A stretch of DNA of 61,190 bases, counting the filler. It is 8 parts of 8 records of this genome, joined end to end, with 100 filler letters (N's around TTAATTAATTAA, not from the genome) between each part and the next. Parts side by side here need not be neighbours in the genome. Positions count along the whole stretch, not along the records: positions 8,964 to 14,027 come from SRR31156797_64887; positions 14,128 to 21,558 come from SRR31156797_64978; 6 more parts are not named here. One strand, written 5' to 3'. Position 1 is the first letter of the stretch. Every line of letters begins with the position of its first letter. The position numbers and the translations under genes are program-made. Of this stretch, positions 11,306-19,750 are shown in pieces. Below the pieces are notes generated by a model, which worked only from the letters and a program-made list of their open reading frames with translations, did no database searches and was not told the origin of the DNA.

Positions 11306-13618
11306 TTATTCATACCTCAGTGCTTCAACCGGATTTTTTGTTGCCGTCCTCCAGCTTTGCCAGCTTACCGTAAACAAAACAATGCCTAAAGCCAGCACTC
11401 CTGTAAGTGCAAAAATCCACCAACTGAGGCTGGTTCTATAGACAAAGTTTTCAAGCCATTTATTAGTGGCAAACCAAGAGATTGGAGTAGCAATTAAAAA
11501 TGAAAATACTACCCACATAATAAATTCTTTATTCAGCATCGATAATATTTCAATTAGGTTTGCACCATTCACTTTCCTTATTCCGATTTCTTTAATCCTG
11601 CGGCGACTGGTATGGAACGAAACCGCGAACAAGCCTATCATAGAAAGGAATACACTAATAATACAACAGGCACCAATTAGTTTAGCATAATTTGCATTTT
11701 CGCGGTGAATCCATTCAAAACGGTCGCCAATCGATTCCATATTTAATGGGAACCCGGGAATTAGTTTATTCCATGTTTCTGAAATCGCTTTTCGGGCTTC
11801 GGCATTTTGATTTTCTTCCGGAGTAACCATAAGGTAAAAACCATCTTCTCCGTATGAAATGTATCCGGGTTCAATTACTTCTTTTAAACTTCCGTAATGA
11901 AAATCTTTACAAATTCCAATTACAATATTTTCCTCGGTGCCCGGAACTTTATTTCCGATTAAATTTCTGTCGGAGAAAAGAGCAGCCAGCGATTCATTTA
12001 TAATACATTTATTCTGATTTGATGCCGCATTTGCTGAAAAATCTTCACCTTCAATTATTTCAACACCAAGTGTTTTTGGGTAATTTTCGTCGCCCACAAA
12101 AACTGCTGCAACATATTGTTTTTCAACTCCGTTATCATTGTAATTTAGCAGTAAGGCAAAATGTTCCAATACCGGCGAAGCGTTTGCCAATGATATCATT
12201 TTAATAGCCGAATTCATTTTCAGTTCTTCACTAAAAACTGAGGCCAGGTTTTTATGTTGTCGTGGAATTTTTACCTCCAGTACTTCTTTCGAAATCCCAA
12301 TTTCTTTATTGGAAATGTAATTTATTTGTTTGAGAATAATAGTTGAGCCGATAATTAGAATTATGGAGATTGCCAGCTGTGCAATATTGAATACCGGGAT
12401 ATTAAATTTTCCGGTATAATTCATCTTGCCGGGTTTTAGGGCTTCGGGCTGAACTCCTTTTCCTATTTTGAAAAAAGTAAAAACAAAAGAAACAATGAAA
12501 ACTAAAATCGGAATTGCTAAAATGAGTGAAAGATTGTTTACACTGAAAATGAAAGTTGTTGAAATCGATGACGCAGTAAGCTGATTAAATAACGGAACCG
12601 ACCAAATTATTAAAATCAGGCTGATTGCAAATGCAATTCCAATCAGGAGAATTGTTTCGGATAAAAAACCGGTAACCAAATTTATTTTTGAACTGCCATT
12701 TACTCTTCGGATGGAATGCTCACGGTTTTTTTCCATAAGCCGGTTATTTAATAATCCGAGATAATTGAAAACGGCGACACCTAGTATCATCAGTGCAATA
12801 ATCAGTGCAACTGCCATATCGGTTTTATCGCGACTGTTTTCTACGGTTTGTCTTCTGGTAGTGTCAAAATAAGCCGCATTTAAACTTTTTAGATAATGCG
12901 TTCCGGGAGTTCCATCGTGAACAATTGGAATGGTTTCTTTATTCTGAACGAACTTTTCTTCCAGTTGTGTAATATTGGAATTATTCGATAATAAAAGATA
13001 ACACCGTGAGTCGTTTTCACCAATAAGTTTCACCATTTCGAAATCTAATTGTGTGCTTTCATCCGGTTTTTTAAAAACACCACTTACTGTCATATCAATC
13101 TCATTGTCGCCGTTGGGGAATGTTATTTTTTGCCCAACCGCATTAAGAGTTCCAAAATATTTTAAAGCCAGTTTTTCAGAGATTACCACATCCTGTTTTG
13201 TTTTCAGCGCATGTTCGGGCGAGCCGGCAGTTAATTGATAGGAGAAAAAAGTAAAAAAGTTCGAAGATGTTGCAATTGTTTTTTTGTCGTCAAAAAAATC
13301 CTGGTTGTTAACTGTTACTTTTGACGGATTGGCATTTAAAATCCGACAATATTCTTCCACTTCTGCAAAATTATCTTTCATGTATTCAGCCGCACCATAA
13401 CGAATAAAATACATTTTTTGACCTTTACGAAATGGATCGTCGGCCTGCAGTGCATAAATTTCTGATTTATTTTCGTGAAAACTATCGGCATTCAATTCCC
13501 TGCTTATAAATAATGTAATCAGGTTAATACAGGCAATTCCTATAGCAAGGCTGATTATTATTATTGATGAATTTAAACGATATCTTAACAGGTTTCTAAA
13601 TGCAGATTTTAATCTCAT
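11306..13618 (-). CDS. MacB/FtsX-type ABC transporter permease
   Basis: 770 aa with 'KEIGIRKVNGA' and C-terminal 'NPVEALRYE'. Paralog of both neighbours. Confidence 0.9.
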   Translation of the reverse strand: MRLKSAFRNLLRYRLNSSIIIISLAIGIACINLITLFISRELNADSFHENKSEIYALQADDPFRKGQKMYFIRYGAAEYMKDNFAEVEEYCRILNANPSKVTVNNQDFFDDKKTIATSSNFFTFFSYQLTAGSPEHALKTKQDVVISEKLALKYFGTLNAVGQKITFPNGDNEIDMTVSGVFKKPDESTQLDFEMVKLIGENDSRCYLLLSNNSNITQLEEKFVQNKETIPIVHDGTPGTHYLKSLNAAYFDTTRRQTVENSRDKTDMAVALIIALMILGVAVFNYLGLLNNRLMEKNREHSIRRVNGSSKINLVTGFLSETILLIGIAFAISLILIIWSVPLFNQLTASSISTTFIFSVNNLSLILAIPILVFIVSFVFTFFKIGKGVQPEALKPGKMNYTGKFNIPVFNIAQLAISIILIIGSTIILKQINYISNKEIGISKEVLEVKIPRQHKNLASVFSEELKMNSAIKMISLANASPVLEHFALLLNYNDNGVEKQYVAAVFVGDENYPKTLGVEIIEGEDFSANAASNQNKCIINESLAALFSDRNLIGNKVPGTEENIVIGICKDFHYGSLKEVIEPGYISYGEDGFYLMVTPEENQNAEARKAISETWNKLIPGFPLNMESIGDRFEWIHRENANYAKLIGACCIISVFLSMIGLFAVSFHTSRRRIKEIGIRKVNGANLIEILSMLNKEFIMWVVFSFLIATPISWFATNKWLENFVYRTSLSWWIFALTGVLALGIVLFTVSWQSWRTATKNPVEALRYE

Positions 13619-13653
13619 AAACGGGCATTAAAATAATTTATGGTAGTTTTTTA

Positions 13654-13758
13654 CCAAATCCGATGCCTTTTTTGCAAGTTATAGATTTTCAGCAAAATAG
13701 AGAATATTCTTTGAGCAGAGTGTAAAAATATTTTACACAAAGTGTATAATTTTTTGTC
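13654..13758 (-). promoter_or_regulatory. Putative sigma54-type promoter with upstream activator palindromes
   Basis: Minus-strand AGGCAT-CGGAT-TTGG (13654-13668) is -24/-12-like. Perfect inverted repeat GTGTAAAA-ATA-TTTTACAC at 13720-13738, plus a weaker copy at about 13742-13759. Confidence 0.4.
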
Positions 13759-13819
13759 AATACTTTTTAAGTACCACCGAATAATTTACTGAATAATATT
13801 CGTGATTTTGTAAAATATA

Positions 13820-14027
13820 TTATTCATACCGAAGAGCTTCCACCGGATTTCCGGTTGCTGCTTTCCAGCTTTGCCAGCTAACGGTAATAATTGCAATTAT
13901 CAATGCGGTGCCTCCTGCCAATACAAAAATCCACCAGCTCAAACTGGTTTTAATGGCAAAATTCTCGAGCCATTTTTGCATAATAAACCAGGCAATGGGG
14001 CTGGCAATAAAAAAGGCAATAATTACC
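13820..14027 (-). CDS. C-terminal fragment of a third MacB/FtsX permease (5'-truncated)
   Basis: Minus strand reads '...WLENFAIKTSLSWWIFV...VSWQSWKAATGNPVEALRYE*'. Not listed in the ORF track. Confidence 0.85.
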
Positions 14028-14127
14028 NNNNNNNNNNNNNNNNNNNNNNNNNNNNNNNNNNNNNNNNNNNNTTAATTAATTAANNNNNNNNNNNNNNNNN
14101 NNNNNNNNNNNNNNNNNNNNNNNNNNN

Positions 14128-14972
14128 AAAACCTTCTTAATATTCATGTAAATGGGATTAAGTCTTTTTTCAGCTCTTTTCACATAGGCGGGCAATGAAT
14201 CGAGCAGGGGGATGTTTGAAGCGGCTCCTTCTCGAGCCCCCTTGATCAGTGCATTCTTAAAAGGCTTAAAGGAGTGACGGAAGCGCATTTCAGTGAAAAC
14301 CTCGTGGCTCTGGTGCATGGCCGACACTCTTTTAAATAATCCGTCCAATGAAAGGGGCCGGACAAACAGTTCGCTTACAGGCGCCGCCTTGACATGAAAG
14401 GGATGCCCCAGGTCGGCCAGATAGTGGGCTGCCCTGGATAAAAAGCGCCAGCCCCAGTATTTATTTCCGTTGGCGAATGCTTTCCTGGACGCGGAAACAT
14501 GGTAGACGAATGTTTCGCGGGCAATGCCCACGGTCAGGCCGAAGGCCTTGAATTCCATGTGCCTGAAGCCGTGGGAGCCCCCGGTTATTTTTTGCAGCCG
14601 ATGAAGGTCCAAACCGCAATCCAGGTTAAGGTCGGGTTCGGTGGGGTACAGGACCAGTATTTTCCAGGGATCGATCGACAGGCCTTCCGGGGGTCGGTCC
14701 GCGAATTCTCCATTACTCATTTCATAATCAAATACCAGATTGTTATCGAGATTGCGGACCAGTTTGTATTGTTCCTTGTATATATCCACATGGTCGGGGC
14801 CGACGGCCCAATCATTAAAACACGGGTTCGGCATGACATCCACTGGAGAGGCGTCCATTATCCAGTCCAGGGCCAGTGCGGAAAAATAGTTGATGTATTC
14901 GTGGGCGAACCAGGGCGCCCATGCAGGTGTCAGCCTTGGATCGTCATGCAGATAGTATTCAAAAAATTCCAT
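14128..14972 (-). CDS. Zinc-dependent phospholipase C / S1-P1 nuclease-like protein, 3'-truncated
   Basis: 'AAHYLADLGHPFH' (HxxxDxxxPxH) and 'HQSHE' metal ligands, N-terminal W...HE. No signal peptide. Confidence 0.55.
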
Positions 14973-14997
14973 TGGATTATTCAGAGGCGCTTTTGAA

Positions 14998-15029
14998 CGG
15001 CCGGATCCGCATTATTGCGGATCCGGCCG
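14998..15029. terminator. GC-rich hairpin downstream of the RLP gene
   Basis: Perfect 14-bp stem CGGCCGGATCCGCA-TTAT-TGCGGATCCGGCCG. The U-tract is weak, so it may be a stabilising or partial terminator. Confidence 0.55.
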
Positions 15030-15047
15030 GAATAGGTTTTATAGTTA

Positions 15048-16352
15048 TCAGGTTTTGAAGTCGGTTTTTTTGCCCCAGATGCCCAGGGAGACGCCTAGTT
15101 CTTCGTGTTCCTTGGCATATTCTTCAACCGGTATGCCTTTCATGACCGCGTCAATGGCCTGGCGCAGTGCTTTGGCGCCTGCGACAGAGCCCTTGGGATG
15201 GGCGTGCACTCCCCCGCCGGAACCGATCTGGATTTCCGGGCCGAGGGCCATTATGGTGTCGGCCACGTTGGCCGGAGTGATGCCGCCGGAAGGCATGGGC
15301 ATGGTCGGTTTGAGGTTTCCGAATTTGTAGGTCAGGGCGCGGCAGGACTGCATGAAACGTTCGTGCAGGTAGATGCCTTTGCCGCCCAGGGAGAAAGGCA
15401 TGACAATGCCGTCCGCTCCGCACATGCGGGCTGTCTTGCCAAAGACCAGCGGAGAAGCCATGCCCTGGTTCGGCGACATGTAATAGCAGCCGGCTACGTC
15501 CATGTGGGCCAGAATGGGCACGTTGATGTCGGGATCCTCGGCCAGGGCCCGCATGGCTTCGGGGCCGGTGGCCAGGTAGTTGACCATCATGGCGTTTGTC
15601 CCGGCGTCTATGACCCTTTTGGCAAGGTCGAACATCCTGGGCAGGCGGTCAGTGATGTTAACGCAATACAGGGTGTGTTCGCCGGTTTCTTCATATACCT
15701 GGCGCTCTTTTTCCATGTACGCTTTAACGCGGCCGACTGCGTCATTGTATTTCATGTTGGCGATTAGTTCATCATCCTTGATGATGTCGCATCCGCCCAG
15801 GGCGGCTTTATAGAACAGTTCAACGCCCACTTCCAGGGGATACCCGCTACAGGGTTTGATCATGTTGTTCAACAAAGGCCTTTTTTCGGTAAGGCCGAGA
15901 GCGTCGTACCAGCCGTCAATCCCGAACTGGGGTCCCTGGTAATGGTCCAGGGTGGCTTTGGGCATTCTCCAGTCGAGAAGCTTGAGGTTGGGCGCCATGG
16001 AAATGTTGCCGATGGTGGCGGTCAGGATCATGGGATACTGGTCTTCCACGTTGGCGGCCGGGAAAGCGACCTGCATGACGTACTGACGGTCAACGATATC
16101 GTCGGGTATTCCGTGTTCATAGTTGGGGACTTCGTATACGCCGATAACCTTGGCCACGTGGCTGGCCCTGACTTCCGGCGTTTCGCCGGGCACAGGCGTC
16201 CAGGTGCCGGTTGTCTGTTCAATGGCCAGCACGTCGCCCATGACCAGCATATCCACGTCTTTGGGCCAGGATATGTAGTATGTGGCGATAATGTGCTGCT
16301 CCATATCGATGCCTTCGGGCAGTGCGTTGGGGCGGTCTGAATATTTTTCCAT
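15048..16352 (-). CDS. RuBisCO-like protein (form IV RLP)
   Basis: 'EQTTGTW', 'GNIS', 'IKP', catalytic 'DIIKDDE', 'PSGG', 'GGGVHAHP'. Positions equivalent to RuBisCO K177, R295 and H327 are substituted, so it is not a bona fide RuBisCO. Confidence 0.9.
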   Translation of the reverse strand: MEKYSDRPNALPEGIDMEQHIIATYYISWPKDVDMLVMGDVLAIEQTTGTWTPVPGETPEVRASHVAKVIGVYEVPNYEHGIPDDIVDRQYVMQVAFPAANVEDQYPMILTATIGNISMAPNLKLLDWRMPKATLDHYQGPQFGIDGWYDALGLTEKRPLLNNMIKPCSGYPLEVGVELFYKAALGGCDIIKDDELIANMKYNDAVGRVKAYMEKERQVYEETGEHTLYCVNITDRLPRMFDLAKRVIDAGTNAMMVNYLATGPEAMRALAEDPDINVPILAHMDVAGCYYMSPNQGMASPLVFGKTARMCGADGIVMPFSLGGKGIYLHERFMQSCRALTYKFGNLKPTMPMPSGGITPANVADTIMALGPEIQIGSGGGVHAHPKGSVAGAKALRQAIDAVMKGIPVEEYAKEHEELGVSLGIWGKKTDFKT

Positions 16353-16382
16353 TTTATAATCCTCCTTAATATAAAAGGTTTT

Positions 16383-17789
16383 TTATTTTGGGATAAGGGA
16401 AAGCATGTATTCCCAGACTTCCAGTGTTTTATTCAGGGCTTCATCGTCGTGCTGCATGCAGGTGTACATCCTGGTCCCAGCGAGGCAGGACAGGCCGCGG
16501 GTTGTGGCGACCATCTGGTAGTCTTCGGAAGCCTGACGCCTGGTGATGATTTCGGTCAGGGCGTCCGGAGCGCTTAAAGGCACGGAAAAGAAGGCCGTGG
16601 TCGCGTATTGCATTATGGGGCCGTAGTTGTATACAAAGAACGGCAGATCGCTCCTGGTTGAGAACAGGTCGTTCAGGGCCGCGGTCAGTCGATCCGCGTA
16701 AGCAGTCGCCTTGGCGACAGCGTCATGTTCTTCCATCAGTTTGAGAGCATGGTAGCAGGCGGCCGTGGATATGGGATTTGCAGCCATGGTCCCGCCTATA
16801 TATACTTTTTCTCCAAGGCCTTTTTTAAGGACGCCGAGTACGTCCTTTCTACCGGCCACGGCGCCGGTTGACGGATACCCGTGGGTTATGATTTTACCCA
16901 GCACGGTCAAATCAGGCTTGATATTGAAATATTTCTGGGCGCCGCCCATGTCCAGGCGGAAGCCGGTCACGACTTCGTCGAATATGAGTAGGGAATCGTT
17001 GGCGTCGCACAGTTCGCGGATGGTCTTGTTCCAGTCCGGATGCACAGGGTGGGAGCCGGATTCTCCGCCAATGGGTTCGACAATGGCAGCGGCTATACCG
17101 CCGTTTTCGCGGTTGTCTTCAAAGGCCTTGGCCAGGCCGTCAAAGTCGTTGGGATTAACGTCGATAAGATCGGTGAAGCAGCCGGGCGGGATTCCCGGAG
17201 CATTAAGGGAGCCCGTTCCGGGCAGGTGGGTGGCGTACACGAGCTGATCGGACCAACCGTGATAACTGCCGCCTATTTTAATTACCTTGGTTTTGCCGGT
17301 AAAAGCCCGGGCTATGCGAACCGCGGCCATGGCCGATTCCGTGCCTGATTGCAGAAAGCGGACCATTTCCACGCCGGGCATGTGTTTGACTATTTCCTTG
17401 GAAGCCAAAAGCTCGTATTCGGAAGATATTCCGGTGGCCGGTCCTTTTTCCTTTATGAGTTCGATGATTTTATCGTCCAGGGGATCGAAGTGGTGGCCCA
17501 GGATGATCGGGGCGCCGCACATCAGGTAGTCGATGTATTCATTTCCGTCAATGTCCCACATTTTGTATCCCTTGGCCCGGTCCATGACCAGGGGAAAGGG
17601 GTGGGTGGAACTCAGGTTGTGCTGAACCCCGCCCGGAATGTAGTCCTGGGCTTCCTCGTAGAACTTGAGGGATTTTTCGTGCTTCTTATAATAATCCTGT
17701 CTTTCCTTTTCCAACACGTCTTCAGGGATGGGCTTGACCGGCGTGGAAAGGATTCTATCCAACCGGGCTTTTATTTCAAAAAATTCCAT
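16383..17789 (-). CDS. Class-III PLP aminotransferase, glutamate-1-semialdehyde aminomutase-like
   Basis: 'DIDGNEYIDY', 'SGTES', 'YHG', 'FDEVVTGFR', PLP lysine in 'DLTVLGK'. Has 'GGVQHNL' where HemL has 'GGVNSPVR'. Confidence 0.85.
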   Translation of the reverse strand: MEFFEIKARLDRILSTPVKPIPEDVLEKERQDYYKKHEKSLKFYEEAQDYIPGGVQHNLSSTHPFPLVMDRAKGYKMWDIDGNEYIDYLMCGAPIILGHHFDPLDDKIIELIKEKGPATGISSEYELLASKEIVKHMPGVEMVRFLQSGTESAMAAVRIARAFTGKTKVIKIGGSYHGWSDQLVYATHLPGTGSLNAPGIPPGCFTDLIDVNPNDFDGLAKAFEDNRENGGIAAAIVEPIGGESGSHPVHPDWNKTIRELCDANDSLLIFDEVVTGFRLDMGGAQKYFNIKPDLTVLGKIITHGYPSTGAVAGRKDVLGVLKKGLGEKVYIGGTMAANPISTAACYHALKLMEEHDAVAKATAYADRLTAALNDLFSTRSDLPFFVYNYGPIMQYATTAFFSVPLSAPDALTEIITRRQASEDYQMVATTRGLSCLAGTRMYTCMQHDDEALNKTLEVWEYMLSLIPK

Positions 17790-17829
17790 TTTTATAATCC
17801 TCCTTGTCAGCGCCGGAATCAGGCGAGGG

Positions 17830-19449
17830 CTACATGGCCGGCGCGCTGCATTCGGTTACATTGCTTTTGTTCAGTCTGGCGCAGATTTTTTTGTTGTTTT
17901 TATAAATTTCCAAATACTCCCGGAACAGTTCGTCATACGCCGCCCTGTTGTCGGGATTGGGTTCGTATACTTTTTTTATCTCTATGTACTGGGGAATGTC
18001 TTCAAAGCGAATGTAGCCCAGTCCGACCGAGGCTATATAGGCCGCGCCCCTGGCGTTGGTTTGAATGGGATCCTTGACCTGTTTGATTTTGCGGTCGAAA
18101 ATGTCGGCGTGTATCTGGCACCAGACATCTGAATTTGCGCCCCCGCCGACGATGTTAAGGCAATCCATCCGACGGCCCATGAGTTTTTCCACGTATTTCA
18201 GAGCCCATTTCTGGTTGAAGGCTACTCCTTCGAACACGGCCCTGACAATGTCCGCCCTGGTGTTTTCCAGGGAAAGATTAAACAGGCCGCCGCGAATGAG
18301 GTGGTCTTCCACGGGAGTGCGCTCGCCGTATAGCCAGGGCGTAAAAATAAGCCTGTTGCTGCCTGGGCGGGAGCTTTCCACCACGCGGTCAAAAACCTGG
18401 TAGATATTGGGCAGGCATTCTTCCTGAAGCAGGTCGTCCTTGTTGTAAAGAATGTTGTCCCTTAGCCAGGTCAGGCATTTACCGGCTGTTTCCTGTTCGT
18501 TGATGATGAAGTATTTATCGGGTATGGAACAGGGGAAAGAGCCGATGTTGTGGAATATGTCCACTTTTTTAAAGGGAACGTGAGCGGATATCCATGAGGA
18601 CGTGCCCACGCAGGTGTGGCCTTCGTAATCCCGGACCGCACCGCTGCCCACTGCCGCGCACTGGAGGTCCGGGGATCCCATGACCACCTTGACATCCGGG
18701 CTCAATCCGAGTTCGTCGGCGACTTCCTTTTTAATGGGGCCAAGGACGTCTATGGATCTTTTGAGGTCGGGCAGTTTGTCCCGGTCAAGACCGGCCATGC
18801 GCAGTAATTTGGGGTGATAGTCTATATTGCTGAGATCCCGGTTGTCCGTCACCCAGTGCAGGGTTATGGAATCGTAGGATGACGCGAATTGGCCGGTAAG
18901 GCGGAGATTTATATATTCCTTGGGTTCCAGAAATTTGTAGGTCTTTTCGTAAACGCCCGGGCAATTTTCCTTAATATACCAGATGTGGGCCACGGGATCC
19001 TTGCCGGACTGTCCCGGCGCGCCTCCGGTCAGTTTAAGCCAGGCGACCAGTTTATTCACCGGGTAACCGACGACTTTCACTGGGCCGGCCAAAACGTTTT
19101 TCTGCAGGGCTTCGGCGCCTCTCATATCCATCCAGATTACGGAATCCATGAGATGGTTCCCTTCTCGGTCCACGGCCACGGTGCCGGACCACTGGGAACT
19201 GCAGCAGACGGCGACCACGTCTTCGGGCGGAACAAGGCCTTTAGCCAGCAGCTTTTTGGAGGTGTTCACAACGGCGTTCCACCAGGCTGCCGGATCCTGT
19301 TCGGCGCCGCCGCCGGGATAAAGCTTGACAGGCACGTGTTCGAATTCAAAGTCGACGACTTCTCCGTAAATGCTGACCAATGCTGTTTTACTGCCTGTGG
19401 TGCCTAGATCGATTGCCAGAATGTACTTGAGTTTTTCGGTCATAATCAT
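17830..19449 (-). CDS. FGGY-family carbohydrate kinase (xylulokinase-like)
   Basis: 'LAIDLGTTGSK', 'EQDP', 'WMDMR', 'GTSSW', 'PWLYGERTP', 'RAVFEGVAF', 'VGGGANS'. Confidence 0.9.
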   Translation of the reverse strand: MIMTEKLKYILAIDLGTTGSKTALVSIYGEVVDFEFEHVPVKLYPGGGAEQDPAAWWNAVVNTSKKLLAKGLVPPEDVVAVCCSSQWSGTVAVDREGNHLMDSVIWMDMRGAEALQKNVLAGPVKVVGYPVNKLVAWLKLTGGAPGQSGKDPVAHIWYIKENCPGVYEKTYKFLEPKEYINLRLTGQFASSYDSITLHWVTDNRDLSNIDYHPKLLRMAGLDRDKLPDLKRSIDVLGPIKKEVADELGLSPDVKVVMGSPDLQCAAVGSGAVRDYEGHTCVGTSSWISAHVPFKKVDIFHNIGSFPCSIPDKYFIINEQETAGKCLTWLRDNILYNKDDLLQEECLPNIYQVFDRVVESSRPGSNRLIFTPWLYGERTPVEDHLIRGGLFNLSLENTRADIVRAVFEGVAFNQKWALKYVEKLMGRRMDCLNIVGGGANSDVWCQIHADIFDRKIKQVKDPIQTNARGAAYIASVGLGYIRFEDIPQYIEIKKVYEPNPDNRAAYDELFREYLEIYKNNKKICARLNKSNVTECSAPAM

Positions 19450-19602
19450 TTCACCCCGGGATAAAGTTAAAAATGAACCGGTTCCTGCAGTGGTCTGATT
19501 GACGTTTAGGTCGCTTCAGACCGGTATTCTTGCATGCATTTGTTTCTTGGCGCTTGTTTGGGAATTTGATTTTTATGGTCTGGATCCATGCCTTGGTTAT
19601 AC

Positions 19603-19617
19603 GCAAGTATGGCGCCA
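19603..19617 (-). promoter_or_regulatory. Sigma54 (-24/-12) promoter of the kinase-aminotransferase-RLP operon
   Basis: Minus strand TGGCGC-CATAC-TTGC matches TGGCAC-N5-TTGC with correct spacing. The adjacent divergent gene is a sigma54 activator. Confidence 0.8.
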
Positions 19618-19720
19618 TATTCTTCTGTATTATAACTTCACGAAATAATGACATTATTATGCTTCTATCTTTTCTATTGACATTATTTGCTGTTTCAAAT
19701 ATTGGATTAGGTTGCAGCGG

Positions 19721-19738
19721 TGTTGCAACAATCGAACA
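19721..19738. promoter_or_regulatory. Putative upstream activator sequence (TGT-N12-ACA)
   Basis: TGTTGCAACAATCGAACA lies about 105 bp upstream of the -24 element and just before the activator RBS. Confidence 0.45.
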
Positions 19739-19750
19739 GCTGGAGGGGGC

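Noticed and set aside
15048-16352. Bona fide RuBisCO / CO2-fixing Calvin cycle
   Set aside because: K177, R295 and H327 equivalents are substituted, and no prk or cbb genes are on the contig.
16383-17789. hemL (tetrapyrrole synthesis)
   Set aside because: Lacks the HemL GGVNSPVR motif and has no hem gene neighbours. The context is an inducible sugar-kinase operon.
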